From Eubacteriales bacterium (GTDB lineage: Bacteria > Bacillota > Clostridia > Oscillospirales > CAG-382): a stretch of 64,000 nt of DNA. Location: the NCBI GenBank assembly GCA_045652245.1, contig JAZRTY010000033.1, positions 139,863 through 203,862 of the forward strand, written 5' to 3'. Each line of letters opens with the position of its first letter. Position 1 is the first letter of the stretch. The translations under genes were made by a program, and so were the position numbers. This document shows positions 8,655 through 19,009 of the stretch, piece by piece. Under the pieces are notes generated by a model. That model saw only the letters and a program-made list of their open reading frames with translations. It searched no databases and was not told where the DNA came from.

Positions 8655-9887
8655 ATGAGAAAATTCAGCAAAGGAAATGCAGTAGTAGGACAGTCAGGTG
8701 GTCCGACAAGTGCCATCAATGCAACACTTGCAGGGGTCATCAAGGGATGTCTCGAAAATAAGAGTATTGACAAAATTTACGGAATGAAAAACGGTCTTGA
8801 AGGGTTCCTCCGTGAGGATTTCATACATATCAACGAATATTTCACATCTCCAAGTGATAAAACACTTGAATTACTGGCTGCAACTCCTGCTGCCGCACTT
8901 GGCTCCTGCAGAAAGAAAATCAAGGATGATAACACAATAAAGGAAGTTTTCAAACTTCTTGAAAAGTATGAAATCAGATATTTCTTCTATATCGGTGGTA
9001 ATGACAGTATGGATACAATTAAGAAGCTGTCAGAATACGCAAAGGCTAATGACGTATATGAGGTTAATTTCATAGGTGTTCCGAAAACAATAGATAATGA
9101 CCTTGTCCTGACCGACCACACTCCCGGCTATGGCTCGGCTGCAAAGTATGTTGCAGTATCAATGCAGGAAATCATGCGTGACGTTGCAGTTTATTCAACA
9201 AAGACCGTTACTATCGTCGAAATAATGGGACGTGATGCAGGCTGGCTAACGGGTGCTGCAGCTCTCACAAATCACATTTGCGGTACGGGACCCGAGCTCA
9301 TATATTTTCCTGAAACCTGTTTTTCAGAAGAGAAATTTCTTGCATCTGTAAAAGAAAAATTAGAAGAAAATCCCACCCTCGTAGTCGCAGTTTCAGAGGG
9401 AATAAGAACAAAAGACGGAAAATACGTTGCTGAAGCTGCAATGAATGGTACATTGGACAGCTTCGGACATATGCAATTAGGCGGCACCGGAAAGTATCTT
9501 GAAAACATTGTTAAAAATAAAATAGGATGCAAGGTTCGCTCGGTAGAACTTAGTATTCTTCAAAGATGTGCGTCTCACGTTTCATCCGGAACAGATATTG
9601 ACGAATCGATTGAAATCGGAAGAGCCGCTGCAAACTTTGCATGTGAAGGTGAAAGCGGAAAGATGGTTGTACTTCGAAGAAATGCTGATTCCGAAAAATA
9701 CTTATGTGAAATAGGAATTGAAGACGCATCAGAAATTGCAAACAAAGTAAAACGAGTACCACCGTCATTTATAAATGAAACCGAGGATGGTGTAACCGAA
9801 AAATTCATTGAATATATGTTGCCTCTTATACAGAATGAAATCCCACAAAGCTATGAGGACGGTTTGCCGGTACATTTCGTATTTTAA
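8655..9887 (+). CDS. pfp: 6-phosphofructokinase, probably pyrophosphate-dependent (PPi-PFK)
   Basis: PFK family (GQSGGPTSAINA, GGNDS, PKTIDNDL, MGRDAGW). Asp in GGxDS and Lys in PKTIDND are the substitutions associated with PPi rather than ATP use. Confidence 0.85.
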   Translation: MRKFSKGNAVVGQSGGPTSAINATLAGVIKGCLENKSIDKIYGMKNGLEGFLREDFIHINEYFTSPSDKTLELLAATPAAALGSCRKKIKDDNTIKEVFKLLEKYEIRYFFYIGGNDSMDTIKKLSEYAKANDVYEVNFIGVPKTIDNDLVLTDHTPGYGSAAKYVAVSMQEIMRDVAVYSTKTVTIVEIMGRDAGWLTGAAALTNHICGTGPELIYFPETCFSEEKFLASVKEKLEENPTLVVAVSEGIRTKDGKYVAEAAMNGTLDSFGHMQLGGTGKYLENIVKNKIGCKVRSVELSILQRCASHVSSGTDIDESIEIGRAAANFACEGESGKMVVLRRNADSEKYLCEIGIEDASEIANKVKRVPPSFINETEDGVTEKFIEYMLPLIQNEIPQSYEDGLPVHFVF

Positions 9888-9955
9888 AATGTTAAAATAA
9901 AAAGCATATAATTTGTAAAATTTAACAAAAAATACAATTAAGTAGCTAAAAAGAC

Positions 9956-9984
9956 TTGTAATTTACAAAATTTAGTGCTATAAT
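9956..9984 (+). promoter_or_regulatory. sigmaA-type promoter for the LRR gene
   Basis: TTGTAA (9956-9961), 17 nt spacer, TATAAT (9979-9984). Confidence 0.55.
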
Positions 9985-10025
9985 AGCTATATGTTTAAAT
10001 TTCATTTTAAAATTTGGAGGACATC

Positions 10026-10886
10026 ATGGCAAATTACAAGAAGAAAAACAAAGGAATTGCGTCATTAATTTTTATTTGGGTACTAATTTTACTGTTGGCT
10101 TTCGGTACATTTTGGGTAATTAATTACTATACCTCAAACCATTCATCCCTTATTGAGAATCAGGAGCTTGCACAAAGCATTGCTGCACTTTCAGATAAAA
10201 AAGCAGGAAAGCTCACTTCTGATGACTTCCTAAATATTGAGGAAATTCAGTTTATCGAACTCGATAACTTAATATACGCAAGCATAAACGCAACAGGCTA
10301 TGCAGATGCATATGAAGCATACAACAAGGAAGGCATCACAGAGGAAGAAAAGGCTCAGCTCGTAAATCCCGCAACACTTTCTACAGGTCTTGAAATTTCA
10401 AGTAAAGAGCTTGCAAAGTACCTTCCAATGTTCAAGAATCTCAAGAGTCTTGCGTTTACAAACTACAATGCCGTAATTAACGATACAGATGTAATTTCAA
10501 TAGCAGCTGACAACCTTACAAATCTCACTGAGCTCTCACTCTATGGATATACAGCTGAAAACTTCTCAAAGATTTCAAGCCTTACAAACCTTACAAATCT
10601 CATGGTTTCAGGTGCTCCTATTGCCGATATTTCAGCAATTGAAAGCCTTAAGGAGCTTAAGGTTCTCGATTTGAGCAGTGCTGCACTTACAGATATTTCA
10701 GCTCTTTCAAGCCTTGACAACGAAAAGATTGAAATGGTATATCTTACAGGTAACGCAATTACTGACTGGTCACCCATCGAGCATCTTGATGCAGAAAAGG
10801 TTTATAAGGAAGAGCCTGTAGTAGAAGAGGAAACTGCTGAAGAGGAAGCTGCTGATACTGAAGCAGAAACCGAGACAGAAGCATAA
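10026..10886 (+). CDS. membrane-anchored leucine-rich-repeat protein with acidic C-terminal tail
   Basis: N-terminal TM helix (IASLIFIWVLILLLAFGTFWVINYY). Internalin-like ~22 aa LRRs (LTNLTELSLYG, LTNLTNLMVSG, LKELKVLDLSS). Tail EEPVVEEETAEEEAADTEAETETEA. GGAGG RBS 5 nt before the ATG at 10026. Confidence 0.7.
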   Translation: MANYKKKNKGIASLIFIWVLILLLAFGTFWVINYYTSNHSSLIENQELAQSIAALSDKKAGKLTSDDFLNIEEIQFIELDNLIYASINATGYADAYEAYNKEGITEEEKAQLVNPATLSTGLEISSKELAKYLPMFKNLKSLAFTNYNAVINDTDVISIAADNLTNLTELSLYGYTAENFSKISSLTNLTNLMVSGAPIADISAIESLKELKVLDLSSAALTDISALSSLDNEKIEMVYLTGNAITDWSPIEHLDAEKVYKEEPVVEEETAEEEAADTEAETETEA

Positions 10887-11063
10887 TTTTATACTCAATT
10901 AACTAATTTTATGCACTCCACAAACAAGTGGAGTGCATATGTAATTTATGCAGCATAAAAGAAAAATTGTTTAAAATATACCTTTTATGCAAGTTATAAT
11001 TTTGCATAATGACACATTAGTGGAAAATATTGTTATAAATATTGTAAAAATTTAAAAAAGTAC

Positions 11064-11092
11064 TTGTAATTTACTTCATTTTATAATATAAT
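11064..11092 (+). promoter_or_regulatory. sigmaA-type promoter for ireB
   Basis: TTGTAA (11064-11069), 17 nt spacer, TATAAT (11087-11092). Confidence 0.5.
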
Positions 11093-11131
11093 ATTTGTGT
11101 TAAAGTATGAATCAGAAAGAGAGTGATATTA

Positions 11132-11401
11132 ATGTCTGAAAATTCAGGTAAAACCCGTACATTTACTGTTGCAAAGGATTCTGAAATTGAGATGTTTCAA
11201 ACCCTGACTGCAGTTTATGCATCACTTAAGGAAAATGGCTATGACCCGATTAATCAGCTTGTAGGCTATATCCTTTCAGAAGACCCAACTTATATCACAA
11301 ACAGAAACAACGCAAGAGGTCTTATAAGAAAGATTGACAGAGATGAGCTTCTTCGTACACTCGTAAAGAGCTATCTTGGTGTATCAGGTGATGACAATTA
11401 A
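11132..11401 (+). CDS. ireB: IreB family regulatory phosphoprotein (UPF0297/DUF965)
   Basis: ~89 aa. The conserved core LTAVYASLKENGYDPINQLVGYILSEDPTYIT is typical of the family. Confidence 0.8.
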   Translation: MSENSGKTRTFTVAKDSEIEMFQTLTAVYASLKENGYDPINQLVGYILSEDPTYITNRNNARGLIRKIDRDELLRTLVKSYLGVSGDDN

Positions 11402-11428
11402 TAAATATAATGCGAAAGGAAATTAGAA

Positions 11429-11713
11429 ATGCCAAACAGTGAAATATTAACATACAAAGGACTTCCCCTTGTGCGCAGCGGAAACAAAATTTTTTATGGT
11501 GACCCACAAAAGAAATATGTACTTGTACTTGTTATTTTAAAAGCTGAAAAACAAGGTGACATTGCTGTTCCGTGCAGAGTACTTGTTCAGATAAGAAGCA
11601 CAGTACATTGCGAAAAGGGCGCAGATGTAGTTGTGCAGGAGAAAGAAAAAACAAGTCTTGCAGAAGCTTTCAATCTGGGAGTAATCTGGCTTGAAAGAGC
11701 GCTCTCAGAATAA
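11429..11713 (+). CDS. hypothetical protein (94 aa)
   Basis: Clean ORF 27 nt after ireB in the same orientation. No family recognised. Confidence 0.5.
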   Translation: MPNSEILTYKGLPLVRSGNKIFYGDPQKKYVLVLVILKAEKQGDIAVPCRVLVQIRSTVHCEKGADVVVQEKEKTSLAEAFNLGVIWLERALSE

Positions 11714-11737
11714 ATTAAATAAAGATGGACTTAAAAA

Positions 11738-13042
11738 ATGGATAAGAAAAATAAATCGACTTTTATTTCCGGACTTTTATTTCAAGGAGTACTTTGTTTA
11801 TTATTGCTTTTTTCAATAATTTTTCTTCATAATAAGTTCTCAGATAACAATAATAATCTCCCTGACAATATCGAAGTATCCGGCGAAACAGAGGTAACTA
11901 CAGACGAAAATAATTTCACGGAAAATATTATTGATTCACCTAACAATGATATTGTAACTCCTGTTCCCGAAAAGCCAAGAGATAAAATAATTTCATTTAT
12001 CGCTGCCGGCGACAACATCATACACGAAAATGTAATCCTCGATGCAAAAGAATATGCACAACTCATTCCAAACGACAAAGAATATAATTTCGAACCAATG
12101 TACAGTGAGCTTTCTGACGTAATTTCGGCAGCTGACTTTGCCTATATCAACCAGGAAGGACCTACCGGTGGAATCGGTCTCGGATATTCAGGTTATCCTC
12201 ATTTCAATGCCCCTGATGAAGTAGGCGAAGCTCTTGTTACTGCCGGTTTTGATATAATCAATATAGCAAATAATCATGTACTTGACAAAGGCGAGCAAGG
12301 ATATAAAAACAGTATTGATTTTTGGGAATCACAACCTGTAACACTTTTAGGTGGTTATAAAAGCGAAGAGGATTTCAATAATATCTGTTATATCGAAAAA
12401 GACGGGGTAAAAATTGCTCTTCTTTCATACACCTACACTACTAATAGCTTCCTACCACCTACAAGTCAGCTTTATGTTCCCTATTATGATAAGAAAATAG
12501 TTGATAAGCAATCAAGGCAAGCAAGAGAAAATGCCGATGTAGTGATTGTATCAATGCATTGGGGTACAGAAAATAGCTTTGATGTAAACTCGGAACAAAA
12601 GGACTATACAAATATTCTCGTAAAAAATAATGTTGATGTTATAATAGGTACACATCCACATGTACTTCAGCCAATCGAGATGATTGACAGACCTGACGGA
12701 AAAAAAACATTAGTTGCATGTTCACTCGGTAATTTTCTCTCAAGACAGCAATATTCAAAAAATATGGTCAGTGGACTTCTCTCGTTTGATATTAAGGTTT
12801 CTGCCGAAAACTCTGATGTTACAATCGAGTCCCCCGCCTTCATACCAACCGTTTGCTTCTATAACCTTAGTAACCGAAGAATTAAGGTTTATAAATTCTC
12901 TGATTTTACCGAAGAGATGCTAAAAAATCACGGGTGTCATCAGTTTGAAACTCCAAGCTATTCACAAATGATAAAATACGTCACTGATACAATTGACGCT
13001 GAATTCATTTCTGCTGATTTCAAAGATAAATTCATGAAGTAA
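11738..13042 (+). CDS. CapA family (PGA_cap metallophosphatase-like) protein with N-terminal membrane anchor
   Basis: Motifs FIAAGDNIIH, NNHVLDKGEQG, MHWGTEN and IIGTHPHVLQP. N-terminal TM segment. Confidence 0.8.
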   Translation: MDKKNKSTFISGLLFQGVLCLLLLFSIIFLHNKFSDNNNNLPDNIEVSGETEVTTDENNFTENIIDSPNNDIVTPVPEKPRDKIISFIAAGDNIIHENVILDAKEYAQLIPNDKEYNFEPMYSELSDVISAADFAYINQEGPTGGIGLGYSGYPHFNAPDEVGEALVTAGFDIINIANNHVLDKGEQGYKNSIDFWESQPVTLLGGYKSEEDFNNICYIEKDGVKIALLSYTYTTNSFLPPTSQLYVPYYDKKIVDKQSRQARENADVVIVSMHWGTENSFDVNSEQKDYTNILVKNNVDVIIGTHPHVLQPIEMIDRPDGKKTLVACSLGNFLSRQQYSKNMVSGLLSFDIKVSAENSDVTIESPAFIPTVCFYNLSNRRIKVYKFSDFTEEMLKNHGCHQFETPSYSQMIKYVTDTIDAEFISADFKDKFMK

Positions 13043-13138
13043 CGGAAATCTGCCACATTAGATTTTATTCAGATAAGACATTAATAAAATACAAAATTTA
13101 ACAAAAATCGCATTAGTTGTAAATTTTAATTAATACTC

Positions 13139-13410
13139 TTGCAATGATTTGCAATTTATGCTATACTTAAAAAGTATACGGCAAAGAAAAAGAGTGTATG
13201 GTACAATGGCAATGTTACAGAGAATAAACCATTTGGTGAGAGGTTTACATTCAGTGCTATATGTTTTCGCTTTGGAGCTTTTTCGGTGAATAGTTAGCCG
13301 AAGACGCATGCACGGCGTTATCGTGCTTGAGTGTTCTATACCATGTATAGAAAATTTGGGTGGTACCACGGCATTGTCGTCCCTTGCAATTTTTTGCAAG
13401 GGATTTTTTT
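13139..13410 (+). promoter_or_regulatory. T-box leader (Phe) with promoter and terminator/antiterminator, controlling pheST
   Basis: Promoter TTGCAA-17-TATACT (13139-13167). Stem I elements AGAGA and GGUGAGAG. T-box sequence AAUUUGGGUGGUACCACGG (13353-13371). Terminator GTCCCTTGCAA/TTGCAAGGGA plus T7 (13379-13410). Possible UUC specifier at 13266-13268, with low certainty. Confidence 0.85.
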
Positions 13411-13442
13411 GTCAAAATAAATAAATTTAAGGAGTGAAAAAA

Positions 13443-14462
13443 ATGAGAGATCAACTTCAAAAAATAAAAAACGAAGCTATCGAAGCTTTTTTAAATGTAA
13501 AAAGCGGCACAGAGCTTGAAAGCTTGAAGATAAAGTATCTCGGAAAAAAGAGTGACCTTGTAGCTGTTCTTCGCGGAATGGCTGCACTTTCACCGGAGGA
13601 AAGACCTGTTATGGGTCAGCTTGCAAACGACGTCAGAAGTGCAATTGAACAAGCTTTTGAACAAGCAAATGCTGAAGTATCAGCAATTGAGGAGGCAAAA
13701 AAAATCAGTGCCGAAAAAATCGACGTAACTCTCCCCTCTAAGAAATGTACAAGTGGAAAACCTCACCCACTTTCAAGAGTACAGACTGAAATCGAAAATA
13801 TATTTATCGGAATGGGATTTTCGATAGCAGATGGTCCTGAAGTAGAATATGATTATTATAACTTCACAGCACTCAACACCCCCGAATTCCACCCTGCACG
13901 TGATACACAGGATACATTCTATATAAATCCAAAGGTACTGCTTCGTACTCAGACCTCCTCAGTTCAGGTACACGTAATGGAGAAGCAGCAGCCTCCGATA
14001 AGAATTATCTCCCCCGGACGTGTATATCGTTCTGACGCAGTTGACGGCACACATTCACCAATGTTCCATCAGGTTGAAGGTCTTGTTGTTGACAAGGGAA
14101 TCACAATGGCAAACCTTAAGGGTACACTTGAAACCTTTGCAAAGGAAATGTTTGGTGAGGAAACAAGAATTCGTTTCAGACCCCATCATTTTCCGTTCAC
14201 TGAACCCTCATGTGAGGTTGACGTTTCCTGTTTTGTTTGTGGTGGTAAGGGCTGCAGACTTTGTAAGGGTGAGGGCTGGATAGAAATTCTTGGTGCCGGC
14301 ATGGTACATCCGAATGTACTTCGTGGTTGTAATATTGACCCTGATGTATATTCCGGATTTGCTTTCGGTATGGGTGTAGAAAGAGTTGTTATGAAGAAGT
14401 ACAATATTGACGATATGCGACTTCTTTATGAGAATGATGTAAGATTCTTATCTCAGTTCTAA
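13443..14462 (+). CDS. pheS: phenylalanine--tRNA ligase alpha subunit
   Basis: Typical PheS sequence ([33 protein letters not shown]). AAGGAG RBS 9 nt before the ATG at 13443. Confidence 0.95.
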   Translation: MRDQLQKIKNEAIEAFLNVKSGTELESLKIKYLGKKSDLVAVLRGMAALSPEERPVMGQLANDVRSAIEQAFEQANAEVSAIEEAKKISAEKIDVTLPSKKCTSGKPHPLSRVQTEIENIFIGMGFSIADGPEVEYDYYNFTALNTPEFHPARDTQDTFYINPKVLLRTQTSSVQVHVMEKQQPPIRIISPGRVYRSDAVDGTHSPMFHQVEGLVVDKGITMANLKGTLETFAKEMFGEETRIRFRPHHFPFTEPSCEVDVSCFVCGGKGCRLCKGEGWIEILGAGMVHPNVLRGCNIDPDVYSGFAFGMGVERVVMKKYNIDDMRLLYENDVRFLSQF

Positions 14463-14500
14463 TAATCTTTTAATTGTTGTCTTGCGACAAGGAGGTTCAA

Positions 14501-16891
14501 ATGAATTTATCTATGAAATGGCTCGCAGATTATGTCAATCTTGAAGGCATCTCAGCCAAGGATTACTGCGACCGTATGACTGATACAGGTTCAAAGGTGG
14601 AGACCTTTGATATACTTTCGGAAAAAATTGAAAATGTAGTAGTCGGAAAGCTGCTTTCAGTTGAAAAACATCCTGACAGTGACCACTTACTTATTTGTAT
14701 GGTTGATGTAGGACAGACAGAGCCTGTACAAATCGTAACCGGTGCACAGAACGTAAAACCCGGTGAATATGTCCCTGCTGCTCTTCACAAGTCACTTCTT
14801 CCAGACGGAACAGTTATCAAAGCCGGAAAGCTTCGTGGTATTCCTTCAAATGGTATGCTCTGCTCAATCGGGGAGCTTGGACTTGATGAACACGATGTTC
14901 CGTATCAAGTTGAAGATGGAATCTGGCTCATTCAAGAAGACGGTATAAAGCCCGGTGACGATATTCGTCCTCTTATAGGCTACGATGATACAGTTGTTGA
15001 ATTTGAAATCACATCAAACAGACCGGATTGTCTTTCAATTATAGGTCTTGCAAGAGAATCAGCAATTTCCTTTAATAAGGAATTTAAAGCTCCGACTCCT
15101 GTTGTTAAGGGCTGTGGTGATAATGATAAAATAAGCAATTACCTCTCAGTTGAGATAAAATCCCCCAAGCTCTGCCCAAGATATTGTGCAAGAGTTGTAA
15201 AGAACGTAAAAGTCGCTCCATCACCGAGATGGCTCCGTGAAAGACTCCGTAATTGTGGTGTAAGACCTATAAACAATATCGTTGACATCACAAACTACGT
15301 AATGCTCGAATACGGTCAGCCAATGCACGCATTTGACTATAACTACCTGAAGGGTGGTAAAATTATAGTAAGAAATGCAGAAAAAGACGAAAAAATTACT
15401 ACACTTGACGAGATAGAAAGAAATCTTACAGAAGAAATGCTTGTAATTGCAGATAACGAAAGAGCAGTTGCTGTTGCAGGCGTTATGGGTGGCGAAAATT
15501 CCGAAATTCAGAATGATACAACCACAATTGTATTCGAATCTGCAAACTTCTTTGGTCCGTCAGTCAGAATTACTGCACGCGACCTCGGAATGAGAACAGA
15601 TGCAAGCGGTAAATACGAAAAGGGACTTGATGCAGAAAACTGTCTTCCGGCAATTCAGAGAGCCTGCGAGCTTATTGAAATGTTAGGTGCAGGTGATGTT
15701 GTCGACGGTATTATAGATGAATATCCGACACACGCAACACAAGCCAAAATCCCATTTGACAGCGAGAAAATCAATGCTTTCCTCGGTACAGATATTTCCG
15801 AGCAGTTTATGCTTGATACTCTTGCAAAGCTTGACGTTGAGTACAAGGACGGAATTCTCACTCCCCCATCTTATCGTGCAGACCTTGTTGAAATGCCTGA
15901 TATTGCCGAAGAGGTTGTAAGAATTCACGGCTACAACGATATTCCCTCAACAAGATTCAAGGGAGAAGCTGTCAGTGGTGGCAGAACAGAAAAGCAGAGC
16001 TTTATTGCTGACCTTGATTCACTTATCCAGCACAAGGGTATATTTGAGGTACAAACATATTCATTTATAAGCCCCAAGTGGTATGATAAAATCGGACTTG
16101 CGCCCGATAGTGAGCTTCGTAATTCAATTGTTATTTCAAATCCTCTCGGCGAGGACACCAGCATCATGAGAACAACAGCAGTTCCGGGCGTTATGGAAGC
16201 TCTGTCTAATAACAGACGACACAGAAACAGTAAGGCTGCTATTTATGAAAAAGCAAAGATTTATATTCCAAACGAAGAAACAGGACTTGCAACAGAGGTC
16301 TATACAACAGTAATCGCAGCATACAACACCTTTGATTTTTATGAGCTTAAGGGTATTTGCGAGGAAATTCTTGAAAATGCAGGAATTTACGACTACGATA
16401 CTGTTTCTCTGACAACAAACCCGACATATCATCCTGGAAGATGTGCACAGATTATAAAGGAGGATAAGGTGCTCTTCACACTTGGTGAATTGCATCCCAA
16501 TGTTGTTAAGAACTACGACTTTGACTGTCCTGTATATGTTGCAGAGGGTGATACTGAAGCAATCTTTGATATGCGTAATGCAAATCGTGAATATAGCCCC
16601 CTTCCGAAATTCCCGGCATCAACCCGTGACCTTGCTTTTGTTTGTGATGATTCTCTTGAAGCAGGAGTACTCAAGAAAGCAATTAAAAAAGCAGGTGGTA
16701 GTCTGCTTGAAGATGTTGAAGTATTTGACGTATTCAAGTCTGATAAGCTTGGTGAAGGCAAAAAGTCAATGGCATACAGCCTTGTGCTCAGAAACAAGGA
16801 AAAAACCATTTCCGATGAAGAAGCAGATGCAGTAATTAAAAAGGTGCTAAAAGCTCTTGAAAAGGATTTTGGAGTAACACTTCGTGCATAA
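14501..16891 (+). CDS. pheT: phenylalanine--tRNA ligase beta subunit
   Basis: ~796 aa with tRNA-binding OB domain, B3/4, B5 and FDX-ACB domains. AAGGAGG RBS before MNLSMKWL. Confidence 0.95.
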   Translation: MNLSMKWLADYVNLEGISAKDYCDRMTDTGSKVETFDILSEKIENVVVGKLLSVEKHPDSDHLLICMVDVGQTEPVQIVTGAQNVKPGEYVPAALHKSLLPDGTVIKAGKLRGIPSNGMLCSIGELGLDEHDVPYQVEDGIWLIQEDGIKPGDDIRPLIGYDDTVVEFEITSNRPDCLSIIGLARESAISFNKEFKAPTPVVKGCGDNDKISNYLSVEIKSPKLCPRYCARVVKNVKVAPSPRWLRERLRNCGVRPINNIVDITNYVMLEYGQPMHAFDYNYLKGGKIIVRNAEKDEKITTLDEIERNLTEEMLVIADNERAVAVAGVMGGENSEIQNDTTTIVFESANFFGPSVRITARDLGMRTDASGKYEKGLDAENCLPAIQRACELIEMLGAGDVVDGIIDEYPTHATQAKIPFDSEKINAFLGTDISEQFMLDTLAKLDVEYKDGILTPPSYRADLVEMPDIAEEVVRIHGYNDIPSTRFKGEAVSGGRTEKQSFIADLDSLIQHKGIFEVQTYSFISPKWYDKIGLAPDSELRNSIVISNPLGEDTSIMRTTAVPGVMEALSNNRRHRNSKAAIYEKAKIYIPNEETGLATEVYTTVIAAYNTFDFYELKGICEEILENAGIYDYDTVSLTTNPTYHPGRCAQIIKEDKVLFTLGELHPNVVKNYDFDCPVYVAEGDTEAIFDMRNANREYSPLPKFPASTRDLAFVCDDSLEAGVLKKAIKKAGGSLLEDVEVFDVFKSDKLGEGKKSMAYSLVLRNKEKTISDEEADAVIKKVLKALEKDFGVTLRA

Positions 16892-16899
16892 AAAACTAT

Positions 16900-16933
16900 G
16901 GCGTGTTTCGATTACGAAACACGCCAATTTTTT
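16900..16933. terminator. bidirectional intrinsic terminator between pheT and the LCP gene
   Basis: GGCGTGTTTCG-ATTA-CGAAACACGCC, flanked by A-run and T-run. Confidence 0.8.
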
Positions 16934-17843
16934 ATTTATGTTTTTTAAAGAGTGCAATGCCTTCATCAAGTCTCGGGATGAATCTTTCGCCTTCTTCTGT
17001 AATATTTGAAACACCCGGATATTCAAGTTCAACAAGCTCAAAATCATTATAGCTGAATATCAATTCAATATTGCTTGTGAAAACGTTTGATGTAAAATTG
17101 GTGTCAATGTGAGATATAACATTTTTGAAAATACCGGGAGCCTTAGTAATATTTGAAGTCTTTAAGAAGGTATCGAGCATTGTAATTGCAAATTCTCTTT
17201 GTACTTCACGCCTGCGTTTGTCACCTTTTTCATATCCATTATAGCGAAGAAGCTGGAGTGCAGCATCGCCATTCAGAATTTGAGTTCCCTTGCTTAAATT
17301 GACAAGCACCTTATCGTTGCAATCTTTATAATACATTTTTTCCGGAACCGTAAATGTAACACCACCCAGTTCATCTATAGCACGGCTGAAGCCGTCAAGC
17401 GACATAAATGCGTAGTAATCAACACTTATTCCGGTAATTGCAAATATCTTGTTTAAAAGGAAATCGTTACCCTTTTCAAGCGAAAGATCACCTAAATAAT
17501 ACTCAATACTGTCAACATTTAAAACCATATTTGAAGGAAGTGAGGTAATTACAAATTTCTTGTTCTCCTTATCGACACGTACAAGCATTATAGCATCCAT
17601 TCTTCCGGAAAGCTCATCTGTACACGCAAGCAGAACAGTAAAGGTTTTTCCCTGTATTTCCTTTTCAACAACATTATCATCGAATTTGCCCACATTTTCA
17701 GAGCTTTCTTCATTATGTTCATTCGAATTATCAATCAAAGGGTTATCATTCTTAATAAGTCCGTTAATAAGAAAATAGCTTATAACACCAAAGGTAATAA
17801 GACTTACTATAAAAGCTATAAAGAAATTTCGAATATTATTCAT
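16932..17843 (-). CDS. LCP (LytR/CpsA/Psr) family cell-envelope polymer transferase
   Basis: N-terminal TM anchor followed by an LCP core (RMDAIMLVRVDKENKKFVITSLPSNM...DYYAFMSLDGFSRAIDELGGV). Confidence 0.8.
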   Translation of the reverse strand: MNNIRNFFIAFIVSLITFGVISYFLINGLIKNDNPLIDNSNEHNEESSENVGKFDDNVVEKEIQGKTFTVLLACTDELSGRMDAIMLVRVDKENKKFVITSLPSNMVLNVDSIEYYLGDLSLEKGNDFLLNKIFAITGISVDYYAFMSLDGFSRAIDELGGVTFTVPEKMYYKDCNDKVLVNLSKGTQILNGDAALQLLRYNGYEKGDKRRREVQREFAITMLDTFLKTSNITKAPGIFKNVISHIDTNFTSNVFTSNIELIFSYNDFELVELEYPGVSNITEEGERFIPRLDEGIALFKKHK

Positions 17844-17857
17844 AATATGTCCCCTTG

Positions 17858-19009
17858 TTAATTTATGTCTTTAGTTAATATCTTTTCAAAAATCAGCTCG
17901 GATTTTCTTTGTAATTTAAATTGTTCTTTTGCAATATCCGAGGCATTTTTAATGTTACCTATTTTAGAAAGAACCTCAATTTCAGCAGTTTTTCTGATAT
18001 CAGAAAGAATTTTTTGTCCTACTTCATTTGCACAAAGCACTTCGGTAAAGGATGGAAGCACAGAAAGTGCAGATTTCTCAACCCATAACGCTGTAAACAG
18101 AAGCGAACGGCGTATTTTGGCATCCGTTAAATGCTTTGCTTTTAATGAATTGATTAACTGCTCATATGAAGTGGCTGACAACGCCTCACGATATAGCGCA
18201 TATTCGAATCCACCAAAGATTTCGCATACACCGGAAAGTTCCTGAGGTGTGTGCGACAGAACAGCACCAAGAATCAAAGAGAATAATAATCTGTTATCAA
18301 CTTTTCTGTAATTTTCAGAAATGCTGTTAATGTCAGAATCAGGAATAAATGGCAGAATATCATTCCAAAGATTATTTTCGGAAAGCTCACGGATTTTCGA
18401 AGAAGATGTAATATTTTCACTAAAAAGTTTACCATCATGAGAAGAATGAGCCCTTTTAACTGTAAACGGCTTGATATTGCTTTCAAGCTTCAGAATACTT
18501 TTAATATATTCTACAGCAAGTATATCATTTGGAAAGGATAAAATTTCAGAAGCTTCAGTACCAAAATTATTTAATATATATTCCTGGCGTGCCTTAGCAA
18601 AGGAGGTGGTAGGATCTTTTTTTTGTAGCTCTTTTATGTCACTTACCGAAGTTTTAAGTAACATTTCAGAACAATAAGTAAGCTTTGAAATATCACCACA
18701 CTCTGAACCAAAGCAAAGAGAATCAATACATCCAAGTCTGTCAAGAATGCTCACCCCTGCACGAGCGAAAACCTCTGCAGTTGCACTTGACCATGGAAAC
18801 GGCAGTGATAAAACAAGGTCTGCACCGTTTTTAACTGCTATTTCAGCACGAATTTTTTTGTCGATAACAGCATACTCTCCACGCTGAACGAAATTACCAC
18901 TCATAACGCAAACGATACCGTCATAACCACGAGAACGAATATTGTCAAGCAAAAATTTATGCCCGTTATGAAACGGATTAAATTCAGATATCACACCACA
19001 AATTTTCAT
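17858..19009 (-). CDS. tmcAL: tRNA(Met) cytidine acetate ligase (YlbM/UPF0348 nucleotidyltransferase)
   Basis: MKICGVISEFNPFHNGHKFLL (HxGH nucleotidyltransferase motif) and overall YlbM-like length and sequence. Confidence 0.8.
   Translation of the reverse strand: MKICGVISEFNPFHNGHKFLLDNIRSRGYDGIVCVMSGNFVQRGEYAVIDKKIRAEIAVKNGADLVLSLPFPWSSATAEVFARAGVSILDRLGCIDSLCFGSECGDISKLTYCSEMLLKTSVSDIKELQKKDPTTSFAKARQEYILNNFGTEASEILSFPNDILAVEYIKSILKLESNIKPFTVKRAHSSHDGKLFSENITSSSKIRELSENNLWNDILPFIPDSDINSISENYRKVDNRLLFSLILGAVLSHTPQELSGVCEIFGGFEYALYREALSATSYEQLINSLKAKHLTDAKIRRSLLFTALWVEKSALSVLPSFTEVLCANEVGQKILSDIRKTAEIEVLSKIGNIKNASDIAKEQFKLQRKSELIFEKILTKDIN

Noticed and set aside
10960-11010. Small hairpin TTATGCAA-N8-TTGCATAA and other AT-rich stems in the LRR-ireB spacer
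   Set aside because: These are short AT-only stems of the kind expected by chance in ~30% GC intergenic DNA, with no flanking conserved motif.
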